A program made the translations under genes and the position numbers. Source: Hypanus sabinus (taxonomy: Eukaryota). From it: a DNA stretch of 64,000 nt. Shown in pieces: positions 11,601 through 21,436 of this stretch. Every line of letters begins with the position of its first letter. Within the stretch, counting starts at the first letter, position 1. The notes below the pieces were generated by a model that saw only the letters and a program-made list of their open reading frames with translations, was not told the DNA's origin and did not search any database. The stretch spans positions 34,286,001 through 34,350,000 of the forward strand of contig NC_082728.1 of the NCBI RefSeq assembly GCF_030144855.1, written 5' to 3'.

Positions 11601-13866
11601 GGTAGCGGTCCGGTGTGGTAGCCTCGTTCAGCCTGCGGTAGTCGCCGCATGGTCTCCAGCCCCCCGTCGCTTTGGGCACCATGTGCAGGGGGGAGGCCCA
11701 TGGGCTGTCGGACCGCCGGATGATCCCCAATTCCTCCATCCTCTGGAACTCCTCCTTCGCCAGTCAGAGCTTGTCCGGGGGAAGCCGCCGAGCACGGGCG
11801 TGGAGGGGTGGTCCCTGGGTCGGGATGTGGTGCTGTACGCCGTGTCGGGGCATGGCCGCTGTGAACTGCGGTGCCAGAACCGATGGGAACTCCGCCAGGA
11901 CCCTGGTGAAGTTGTTGTCGGACAGCGTGATGGAGCCGAGGTGAGGGGCTGGCAACTGGGCTGCACCCAGGGAGAACGTCTGAAAGGTCTCGGCGTGTAC
12001 CAGTCTCTTCCTGGGCAGGTCGACCAGTAGGCTGTGAGCCCGCAAAAAATCCGCACCCAGAAGCGGTTGGGCTACGGCGGCCAGTGTGAAGTCCCACGTG
12101 AACTGGCTGGAGCCGAACTGTAGCTGCACCTGACGGGTGCCATAGGTCCTTACTGTGCTGCCATTCACGGCCCTCAGGGGGGGACCCGGTCCGGTGCCCT
12201 GCTGCGGGTGTCGTAACTCGTCGGAGGTAAAACGCTGATCTCAGCCCCAGTATCGACCAAAAACCGGCGTCCCGACCTTCTATCCCACACATACAGGAGG
12301 CTATCCCGATGGCCAGCCGCCGTAGCCATCAGCGGCGGCTGGCCCTGGCGTTTCCCGGGAACTTGCAGGGCGGGCGACAACGGCGGGCTTCTGCGCCCCA
12401 CCGCTGGTGGTAGAAGCACCAGTGTTCATTGGGCTGGGGGTTGGCGGGCTCTGCGGCCGGGCCTGGACTGGTTTGCTGCCGGGAGCGTGGCTGGGAGATC
12501 TGCGCGATGGACGCCCCGCTCACCTTTTTGGCATTCCACAGCAAGTCCGCCCGGGCTGCCACCTTCCGGGGGTCACTGAAATCCGCGTCGGACAGCAGCA
12601 GGCGTATGTCCTCGGGCAGCTGCTCCAGGAATGCCTGCTCAAACATGAGGCAGGGTGTGTGTCCGTCGGCTAGAGACAACATCTCATTCATTAAAGCTGA
12701 TGGAGGTCTGTCGCCCAAGCCATCCAGGTGCAGTAAACGGGCAGCCCGCTCGCGCCGTGAGAGTCCGAAAGTCCTGAGGAGCAGGGTTTTGAATTCCGTG
12801 TACTTGCCGTCTGCCGGGGGCGACAGTACGAACTCCGCGACCTGGGCCGCTGTGTCCTGGTCGAGGGAGCTCACCACATAGTAGTAGCGGGTGTCTTCTG
12901 AGGTGATCTGGCGAACGTGGAATTGGGCTTCAGCTTGCTGTAACCATAGGTCCGGGCGCTGTGTCCAGAAACCCGGCAGTTTCAACGAAACCGCATGAAC
13001 AGAGGCGGCGTCGGTCATTTCTGGTCCAAAAATCGTTTGGACCGTCGGGGTCACCAATTGTAGCGGTGTGCTACACGCAGCGCTAAAATTACGACACGGA
13101 GTCGGTAACTGCAGTCGAAGGAAAAAACTTTATTCGAAAACTTCAGCCGCACTTTTAAGCCTCCCTCAACCAGCCCCCCATGGCGCAGAGGCTCCAAAGC
13201 TCTGTGCTCGCAAACCCCCATAGGCTATCTAATTGTGAGTCGGTTCGGATGCGCCAGGAAATGGGTCGCCACACTACCGCATTTACAAAACAAGTAAATT
13301 GACATCCTAAATATCAATTTTTATGCCAATTGTCTGGAAACATTACATTGCTTCTGGAGCAAGACAACTCCACACAAAACTTTTAAGCTAATTGAATATC
13401 CATGATTCTTCACGGAATACTGCCAAGCACTGAGCATGTAAAAACCTACAAGGTTGGATATAAAAACTTCGCTCAGAGGGAATACTAAAGAAGAATCAGA
13501 TTCAGGAAAGAGCTTTGAGTATTGAACTATAGATTTTATTGTATTCCTTTGTTCTACTGTGAACACCTGCAAGAAAATGAATCTCAGAGTAGTATACGGT
13601 GACTTTGATAAAGATCCCACCCGCCCTGCTCATGGACTGTTTTTCCCACTCCCATCAGAGAGGAGGAAGTATAGTGTTCACTACCAGGACCATCAGACTC
13701 AAAAACAGCTACTTACCCCAAGCAGTAAGACTGATCAACACTTCCACCCACGAACCCACCCCACCACCACTACTTTATCATTTCCTGTCAGTCACCTTAT
13801 GTACAGACAATCCTGTACATAGCTTCACTTTATGGAGATACAATTAATCTATTTTGGTAGACAGTA

Positions 13867-13897
<31 letters not shown>

Positions 13898-16800
13898 TCA
13901 TTTTATTGTGGGTATTTTTTGTGCTGCATTGGATCCAAAACAATTATCTCATTCTCCTTTACATAGATGTACTGGAAATGAGACTAAACAATCTTGAATA
14001 ATAAATTTATAGAATCATAGAATCTACAGCAAATTACAGGCCCTTTGGCCCACTATCTTGTGTTAACCACGTAACCTACTCTAGAAACTGTCTAGAATTA
14101 CCCTAACATAGAGCCCTCTATTTTTCTAAGCTCCATGTACCTACCTAAGATTCTCTCAAAAGACATCCGTCTCTACCACTATAGCTGGCCCACCACTCTC
14201 TGTAAAAAACTTACCTCTGACACCCCCTTGTATCCACTTCCAAGCACCTTAAAACTGTGCCCCCACCCCCATGTTAGCCATTTCAGCCCTGGGGAAAAGC
14301 CTCTGGCTATCCACATGATCAATGCCTCTCATCAAATTTATTTTGAACTTTGGAATGATCACTGTTAAGAAGTATTCTGAAGTTATGTGATTATAGCAGA
14401 TTCAGGCAGAGGTAGTCTTCAGTTCTTAATGTAAATTGTAAGCAGTAAATTGAAGTTAAAAGCACAACTTTGCAAATAAACAATACTATCTGTTTAGCAC
14501 AGACTAAGAGGTATGGTTTGCAAAATCACAAACGAGACAATCTGCAGATGCTGGAAATTCGAGCAACACGCACAAAATGCAGATTCTTCAAGAAACACAC
14601 ACAAAATGCTGGAGGAACTCAGCAGGCCAGGCAGCATCTATGGAAAAGAAGTAGTCAATGTTTTGAGCTGAGACAGACCCTTTGGCAGGACTGGAGCAAA
14701 AAAGCTAAGGAGTAGATTTAAAAGGTGGGGGGGGGGGGAGGAAGGGGAGAGAAAAACACTAGGTGATAAATGAAATCTGGAGTGGGAAGGGTGAAGTAAG
14801 AGCTGGGAAGTTAATTGGTGAAAGGGACAGAAGGCCATGGAATAAATAAAAATGTGGAAGGAGCACCAGAGGGAGGCGATGGGCGGGCAAGGAGATAAGG
14901 TGAGAGAGGGAAAAGGAAACGGGAAATAGTGAGGGGGCATTACCGGAAGTTAAAGAAATCGATGTTCATGCCTCCAGGTTGGTGGCTACCCAAATGGAAC
15001 ATAAGGTGTTGTTCCTCCAACCCAAGTGTGGCCTCATCACGACAGTGGAGGAGGCCATGGATGGACATATCGGAATGGGAATGGGGTGTGGAATTAGAAT
15101 GGATGGGCACTGGGAGATCCCACTTGTTCTGGCAGACAGAGCGAAGCCATCTCCCAGCCTCCATCAGGTTTCACCGATATACAGAAAGCCACACCAGGAG
15201 CACCATCCATTCATCCCTCCCACTGATCTCCCTCCTGGCACTTAGCCTTGCAAGCCTAACAAGTGCTTCACCTGCCCCTACACCTCCGTCCTCACTACCA
15301 TTCAGGGCCATAAACAGTCCTCCCAGGTGAGGCGACCCTTCACCTGTGGGTCATTTTCTGTGTTCAGTGTTTCCCATTGAAGCTATTCAATTAAGGCATG
15401 ATAAAACATCAGAATAAATAAATGCAGATATCTTAAGAAGATTAAAGGATTCGAGAGGAAGGCAAAATTGGGGACACAAAAGACTTCCACTGGGTCACTG
15501 TCACTCTGATCATTTCTAGAGCACCGTTTAGCCTGCATGTTCAGCTTTGAAATATCATGACTTATCATTTATTTGGGCTTGTTAATGTGTTGATAAAGAC
15601 TTGCTTAACAATAACACTCAGTCCGAGGGAGTATTGGATCAGTGTTCTCCATTCTGCCCCCTGTGAGTAAACTAAATCTTAGAACAGAAAACAAGCACCA
15701 CAGGAACTCTGCCTGTGGACACAAAATAATCCAAACAGCAAACAGAATTCACTTGCAATTGTACCGGTTACATAACTGGCTCCTCTGCAACAGTCAAGGC
15801 TCGGTGTTGAAGGTCAGTGTGCTCATAATCCTTATCAAATTATGCCACTTGAGCCATAATCATACACATTGCTGACAGCATGCCCATTCTACAAGTTTAT
15901 TCAAGTCTTTCAAAAAGCCTGTTTTTTTTTTGCTTTCTGTGGAGATTACTCTCTCAGGGACTCCTGGTCCCTTATTCCATCCCCGTCCCCAGCACTGACC
16001 ACTGCAAACGTGGAAGGCGCAATATTTGTCCCTACACCTCCTCCCTCACCATCCAGGAATGTAAACAGACCTTCCAAGTGAGGCAGAGATTGACTTGAAC
16101 CTACTCCAAGCTCATCCATTGCAATTGGTTCTCTGCTTCCAGAATACCACGTATAGGCAAGGCAATTGACAAAAAGCACTTGCATTAGCTTGATCATTAT
16201 GCAAACCAGTCACCCTATCATTGACTCCAGCTACACTTTCCACTACCTCAAAAAAAACAACTTCATGGACTTTCCCCACCCTCCTCCAAACCTCTGGCAG
16301 AATATGCAAGAGTTTTAAAGCTTGTACTACTAGATTCAAGGGCAGCTTCTATCTCACTATTATCAGACTTTTCAAAGGACCTCTCTTTTGAACTGGCTCA
16401 CTTTTAAACTCCAAATCCACTTCATTGTGGCCTTGTACATTGTATTGTTACCCTGCATTACACTTTATCTACAACTGCATCACTATATTCTGCATTGTTT
16501 TCTTTCTGCTACTTCAAAGTGCTTGAAAATAGCTTGATCTGCCTGGATGGCTCACGATAAAAAGTTTCTTGCTCTATCTTGATAAACATCTACACCCCAA
16601 GATTCTGAAGGAGGTGGCTGAAGAGATTGTGGAGGCATTAGTAATGATTTTTGAAGAATCAATATTCTGGCGTGGTTCTGGAAGACTGGAAAATTGCAGA
16701 TATCACTACGAGAAGGGAGAGAGACAGGAGAAAGTCAATAAAAGGCCAAATAGTCTGATTTCAGTGATTGGAAAGGTGTAGAAGTTGATTGTTAAGGATG

Positions 16801-19196
16801 TAGTTTCAGGGTACTTGGAGGCACATGATAAAATAAGCCAAAGTCAGAATGATTTCCATAACGGAAAATATTGCCTGACAAATCTGCTGGTGGATGTTGT
16901 GTACTTGGATTTTCATAAGATCTTTGACAAGGTGCTGAACACGAGGCTGCCAAGAAGTTAAGAGCCCATGGCATTACAGGAAAGATACTAGCATAGTTGG
17001 AGCATTGGCTGATTGGCAGGAGGCAAAGGGTGGGAATAAAAGGAGCCTTTTCTGTTAGGCTGCCAGTGACTAGTGGTGTTCCACAGGGGTCTGTGTTGGG
17101 ACCGCTTCTTTTTATGTTACAGGTCAATGATTTGGATGATGGGATTGATGGCTTTGTGGCCAAGTTTGTGGAGGTGGAGGGACAGGTAGTGTTGAGAAAC
17201 CAGAGAGGCTGCAGGACTAAGACAGATTAGGAGAATGTGTACAGAAGTGGTGGCACCCGTTAGTCTCATGAGACCATGGGTCTGCGCCTGGAATGGTTTC
17301 CTGGGCAGGCCTGGGTAAAGTTGTATGGAAGACCAGTAGTTGCCCATGCAGCAAGTCTCCCCTCTCCACGACACCAATGTTGTCCAAGGGTCGACACAGC
17401 TTGGCACCAGTGTCGTGACAGGGGTTACCAGAACGAGGCTGGCAACGTTGGACTGCCTTAGGGGCTCCAGCTCCAGATTTGTCCTCAAGGTTTACTCCCG
17501 AAGCCTTTCCCATGAGTGGGTATGGCCGCAAGGCAGCGGAGATTTGAAATCAGAGTTTTCCCTCTCTTTGAAGGACTGCCTTCCCAGGCTGACGAGCTCC
17601 ATCTACCCAAAGAAGTAGCAGATGGAATATCAAGTCAAGTCAAGTCACTTTTATTGCTATTTCGACCATAACTGCTGGTACAGACACAGTAAAAATGAGA
17701 CAATGCTTTTCAGGACATTGGTGTTACATGACACAGTACAAAAACTAGACTGAACTATGTAAAAAAAAACACAGAAAGCTACACTAGACTACAGACCTAC
17801 ACAGGACTGCATAAAGTGCACAAAAACAGTATAGGCATTACAATAAATAATAAACGGGACAATAGGGCAAGGTGGGTGTCAGTCCAGGCTTCGGGTATTG
17901 AGGAGTCTGATAGCTTGGGGGAAGAAACTGTTACATAGTCTGGTCGTGAGAGCCCGAATGCTTCGGAGCTGTTTCCCAGATGGCAGGAGGGAGAAGAGAT
18001 TGTATGAGGGGGTGCATGGGGTTTCCTTCCTAATGCTGTTTCCTTTGCAGATGCAGCATGTAGTGTAAATGCCTGTGATGGCGGGAAGAGAGACCCAGAT
18101 GATCTTCTCAGTGTCAGCAATGCACTTCAGAAGAAATGAAGGCATAGACTATTTTCTAAATGGAGAAAAAAAAAACAAAAATCATTGGTGTCCCCATCCA
18201 AATACTGTATGTAATTAGTTTTGCTACAATAAGTGTACGGGACACTGGAAAAATGTTGAATTTCCCCTTGGGGATGAATAAAGTATCTATCTATCTATCT
18301 ATTCAGGATTCCCTAAAGGTCAATTTGCAGGTTGAGCACACTCAATGAGCCAAATGGCTTAATTCTGCTCTAATAATAAAAAACAATACCAGTGAATCCA
18401 TTGTAAACCTCTAGTCACTCATTTGTAATGACCTGTGAACATCACTGCATGCCGTTCTGACAAGCAACCCTGATGAATGAATACGCATTACTGCTAATGC
18501 AGCAAAATTAATCTGCACTCCTACAGCATAATAGATGCAGTGAACACCTCTGACCATAAGGATTATGATCGCAAGACCCTGTAGGAGACAAATGTAAAGA
18601 TTTCCTGCAGCCATTGCATGTTCATTTATGACACGGAGCAATGTACAGTGCTGACCTTTTGTGACCTCTAGCAATCTAACCGGCCCATACGCAAAAGTAT
18701 AAAAGTGCTCATTTTGACCCTTGTCGTTAGGTAAGTGCAATGGAGACCTGCGAACGATTATGGTAAGGCACAGATGCACGGACGTTACGAGCGCCCGCCC
18801 GCCCGCCGGCCCGCGCGGTCTCCGGACGTTACGAGCGCCCGCCGGCCGGCCCGCGCGGTCTCCGGACGTTACGAGCGCCCGCCGGCCGGCCCGCGCGGTC
18901 TCCCGACGTTACGAGCGCCCGCCCGCCCGCCGGTCTGTACCGGCCCGGGCCGGATGAGCGGGCCCAGGCATGCGCAGTGGAGGCGCGCAGAGCCCGGGAC
19001 GGGAGCAGACGGTGGACCCGGTGCGTAGGCGGCACCGCGACCGCAGTTAAACCACCCCCCCCCCTCCCAATTCCACGCTCTCCCTGCCCCCTCCCCAACG
19101 CCGCTCCGCCTACCTGGGCTGGCCCCGGTCAGCGTGCGGACTGCGGCCTCCCCTTTCCTCTGCTTTTCTCGAACTTGCTCTGCGAAGCGCCGACAT
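8687..19196 (-). CDS. OGFOD3: 2-oxoglutarate and iron-dependent oxygenase domain-containing protein 3, 5' part (coding exons 1-2; the rest lies left of the window)
   Basis: Exon 1 is 19196-19114 (cgccATG; [27 protein letters not shown]+AG|gtaggc). Exon 2 is 8901-8687 (ag|T...[71 protein letters not shown]+G|gtcagt). Phases are compatible (2/1). The TM helix followed by EV.AR....G.F.EVPCS.DY matches OGFOD3, and it lies head-to-head with HEXD as in human. Confidence 0.9.
9067..9267 (-). repeat. 3' LTR (201 bp)
   Basis: Preceded by the polypurine tract GGGGAGGG. AATAAA on the minus strand at 9137-9142. Differs from the 5' LTR by 7 substitutions and a 14-nt indel. Confidence 0.95.
9223..12356 (-). 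pseudogene. pol: Retrotransposon Pol (PR-RT-RNaseH-IN) with three disablements
   Basis: Motifs: [13 protein letters not shown]; RT YLDD; RNaseH TVDAS/DRELLA/TDHKPL/ADALSR; [38 protein letters not shown]. Lesions: 5-nt tandem duplication (ccggt x2, 12186-12195) causing a frameshift, and in-frame TGA at 11764-11766 and 10273-10275. Confidence 0.92.
12329..13018 (-). CDS. gag: Retrotransposon Gag (229 aa), intact
   Basis: [33 protein letters not shown]... with C-terminal [18 protein letters not shown] (C-X2-H-X9-C-X3-C, 12365-12418). Confidence 0.9.
   Translation of the reverse strand: MTDAASVHAVSLKLPGFWTQRPDLWLQQAEAQFHVRQITSEDTRYYYVVSSLDQDTAAQVAEFVLSPPADGKYTEFKTLLLRTFGLSRRERAARLLHLDGLGDRPPSALMNEMLSLADGHTPCLMFEQAFLEQLPEDIRLLLSDADFSDPRKVAARADLLWNAKKVSGASIAQISQPRSRQQTSPGPAAEPANPQPNEHWCFYHQRWGAEARRCRPPCKFPGNARASRR
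13043..13056 (-). promoter_or_regulatory. Primer-binding site complementary to the 3' end of tRNA-Trp
   Basis: TGGTGACCCCGACG, 2 nt from the LTR. Vertebrate tRNA-Trp ends ...CGTCGGGGTCACCA. Confidence 0.9.
13059..13273 (-). repeat. 5' LTR (215 bp)
   Basis: Direct repeat of 9067-9267, followed by the PBS. AATAAA on the minus strand at 13129-13134. Confidence 0.95.
14528..15350. mobile_element. Penelope-like fragment (minus strand) joined to an inverted plus-strand segment (~15210-15350)
   Basis: pLTR end, then the GIY-YIG C-terminus ([53 protein letters not shown]), then opposite-strand PLE sequence. Confidence 0.8.
16590..17245 (+). mobile_element. CR1-type LINE RT fragment (resumes briefly at ~17612 and ~18117 after nested insertions)
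   Basis: [20 protein letters not shown]; [23 protein letters not shown]. Confidence 0.85.
17249..17611 (-). mobile_element. RTE-related short element inserted in CR1
   Basis: Minus strand ggcagtcc..gagagggaaaactctgatttcaaa resembles the RTE/Expander 5' UTR motif. It shares modules with 52205-52810 and 63841-64000. Confidence 0.55.
17630..18110 (-). mobile_element. Rex1/Babar-type LINE 3' end; near-identical partial copy at 1-131
   Basis: [33 protein letters not shown], followed by a 3' UTR and a (GACTT)n tail. Confidence 0.8.
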
Positions 19197-19460
19197 GGCG
19201 GGATGGGAACACAGGCGGGAGGGCAACGACTCTACAGCGGCCTGGGATACAGGTGGCCGAGCTCCGGTACCAGGCCGAGGCGCGATGCTCTGCTGCAGCC
19301 TGAGGGCGGGGTTTCTCCCTTCGGAAACCACACGCTCGGTGCCAGCCCGCTCATCGCCGGGAATTGGGACAGTGGTCCGTCAATAAAAAGGGTTCTAATC
19401 GATGGGGGTGCGAGTATATTATTTCCTATTCCCTGCCTTGCTTTCCTTGGGAAGGTAAGG
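18770..19460. promoter_or_regulatory. CpG island / bidirectional promoter of OGFOD3 and HEXD, including a probable non-coding HEXD exon 1 ending at 19454
   Basis: Abrupt GC- and CpG-rich segment containing the OGFOD3 ATG. NRF1-like GCATGCGCA near 18968 and YY1-like CATGGCG at 19194-19200. Plus-strand donor AAG|gtaagg at 19454, with the HEXD acceptor ttcag| at 21407 upstream of ATG 21437. Confidence 0.75.
18780..18936. repeat. GC-rich tandem repeat, ~3.8 copies of a 40-44-bp unit
   Basis: Units starting GACGTTACGAGCGCCCGCC at 18781, 18825, 18865 and 18905. Confidence 0.95.
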
Positions 19461-19713
19461 TATCCTCCCATTTACTTATGTTCGTGGACCTTTTGGGAAG
19501 CTTTAAATTGTATGGCTAGTGTTTAATCGTGTATTTGGACTGTTGGGTGTATATCTGGCATGTTCTCGGAAGGAAAACAAATTGGGATTTCTTTTGTTGT
19601 CACATGCACTGAGACACCAGTTCACTGCAAAAGTCTTAGGCACCTATATAACTAGAGATTGTTGCACTGTACTGTATTTGTCAACGTAGAGCAGAGCGAG
19701 TTTGCAGAAACAT

Positions 19714-20941
19714 TCACTCAGTGGCCACTTTCTTAAATGTAGGAGTGAAACCTGGCGTGGTCGTCTTCTGCTACAGCCCATCCACTTCCAAGGTTTGACG
19801 TGTGCATTCAGAGATGCTCTGCACACTGCAGATAACGCGTGGTTATTTTAGTTAGTGTTGCCATCCTATTTTCTTGAACCTGCCTGGCCATTCTTTTCTA
19901 ATATCTCTCATTAACAAGACATTTTTGTCCATAGAATTGCCCCTCAATTGATGTTTTTTTGTTTCTCATACCAGTCTGTATTCTAGAGACTTGTTTGTGA
20001 AAATCCCCAGATGTCAGCAGTTTCAGATCTGGTACCCACAGTCAGATCACATTTCTTCTCCATTCTGATATTTGGTCTGAACAATAACTGAATCTCCTCT
20101 TCTTCCTCTTCTATTTCCGGCAGTTTAGACACATATTACTGCCCTCCGCAGGATGTATAATTAATCTCATTAGCTAGCAGTGCCGCAAACTGCTTTTCTT
20201 TCCTAATTTTGCCACATGGTTTCCAAGTAATTACATTGATTACATCTGCATTATTTGTAAGACTGAAATCTTCTTGTTTAAGAATACTAATTATCGCATG
20301 CTTAACTTTTAATAATTGCCGTTTTTCTAGTCTGCCATTTCCAATTTTTTCTTTACTTGAATTATAGCCTGTAGTTGTTTACTGAGATCTCAAAGTTCAA
20401 TTGTTTCCATGTTTTCATTTTATAATCTTGAGTGTAGACAATTCACTTTACAACAATTCCTTTTCCTTTTGTAACTTTTTTAATAAGTTCCTCCATTTTC
20501 CAATCTCTTTTCCAACTCACAGCTGTTCTTATTGAGTACTTCTATTTGTTGTTGGAGTTCTGTACAGTCACCCTGGGTTTCAACCATGTTTCTTGTATAC
20601 ATAAAACCTGAGGTTTTCTTTAAGTTCTGGTACACATTTTGTAAATTCTTGACCATTTGCAATAAGACACCTTGCATTCCATTGTGTAATATCCCGCCTC
20701 CCCTGCCTGTGAACTGTTTGATTCTCCATTCAACATTTCTTCGACTACTTCCCCACCTAAGCCCTGTAATACCAGGATATTTTTCTGCAGACTTGACTAT
20801 AATTTTAATTTTTTTCAGTTCTTTTGTAACTGAACCTCTTGACCATGTCTGCATGCTTTTATACATTGAGTTGTTGCCACATGATTGATTAGATATTTGC
20901 ATTAATAAGAAGGTGTACCTGATAAAGTGGCCACTGAGTAT
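19714..20941. mobile_element. Non-autonomous Tc1/mariner element (MITE) containing a 730-bp foreign insert
   Basis: TIRs cactcagtggccacttt (19715) and aaagtggccactgagta (to 20940). The internal sequence is homologous to the copy at 37601-38010. Confidence 0.8.
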
Positions 20942-21436
20942 ATCATACTTGTCTTGCCTGTTATCTTTAGTGAATTATTTCTCTTATCTTGCAGTGCATC
21001 TGTAAGCACTGATTCATGTGCAAGTCCACAATCATAGCAAGGTTTGAGTTTTAGTTTGTCAGCTTGAAACATGAACACTTTCCCTATGATGTATAAAACC
21101 TAGGCATCAATTGAAGATTACTTTCAATATTTTGGGTTAGAAAATTGGTCATAATGTATTTTTGCTCCATTTTATCATTTGATAGAGAATTGTTTCAAAG
21201 TCTGTAATACTCAATTGAATGTGGAACTATCAACTAGCTAATTGGTATAATAGTGCAAATTTCAATATTATTCCTTGAATATTTAAAAGACTAACAACAT
21301 TTTTGAAGGATTTGCTGGAGCCATGAATTGTGCACAAGGCCATGTTTTGTACAATTTGGATGAAAGTAAGCCAATGCATGAAAGTAATTTAACTTTATTT
21401 CCTTCAGGTGGTATATTGCCCTAAATTGGTTGAAAA

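Larger units (their letters stand above)
9067..13273 (-). mobile_element. Full-length Ty3/gypsy LTR retrotransposon, CsRn1-like lineage (4207 bp), pol disabled
   Basis: LTRs 13059-13273 (5') and 9067-9267 (3') with TG...CA ends. 4-bp TSD CTAC at 9063-9066 and 13274-13277. PBS TGGTGACCCCGACG (13043-13056) and PPT at 9271-9279. Domain order gag-PR-RT-RH-IN. Confidence 0.97.

Noticed and set aside
9302-12881. Long plus-strand and alternate-frame ORFs over the gypsy element
   Set aside because: Shadow ORFs of GC-rich gag/pol coding sequence with no recognisable motifs.
18780-18936. CRISPR-like array
   Set aside because: Units are contiguous with no unique spacers, the context is eukaryotic and there are no cas genes. 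It is a minisatellite.
18721-19526. ORFs across the OGFOD3/HEXD CpG island
   Set aside because: GC-rich, repeat-driven open frames. Only 19196-19114 is supported by splice phase and homology.
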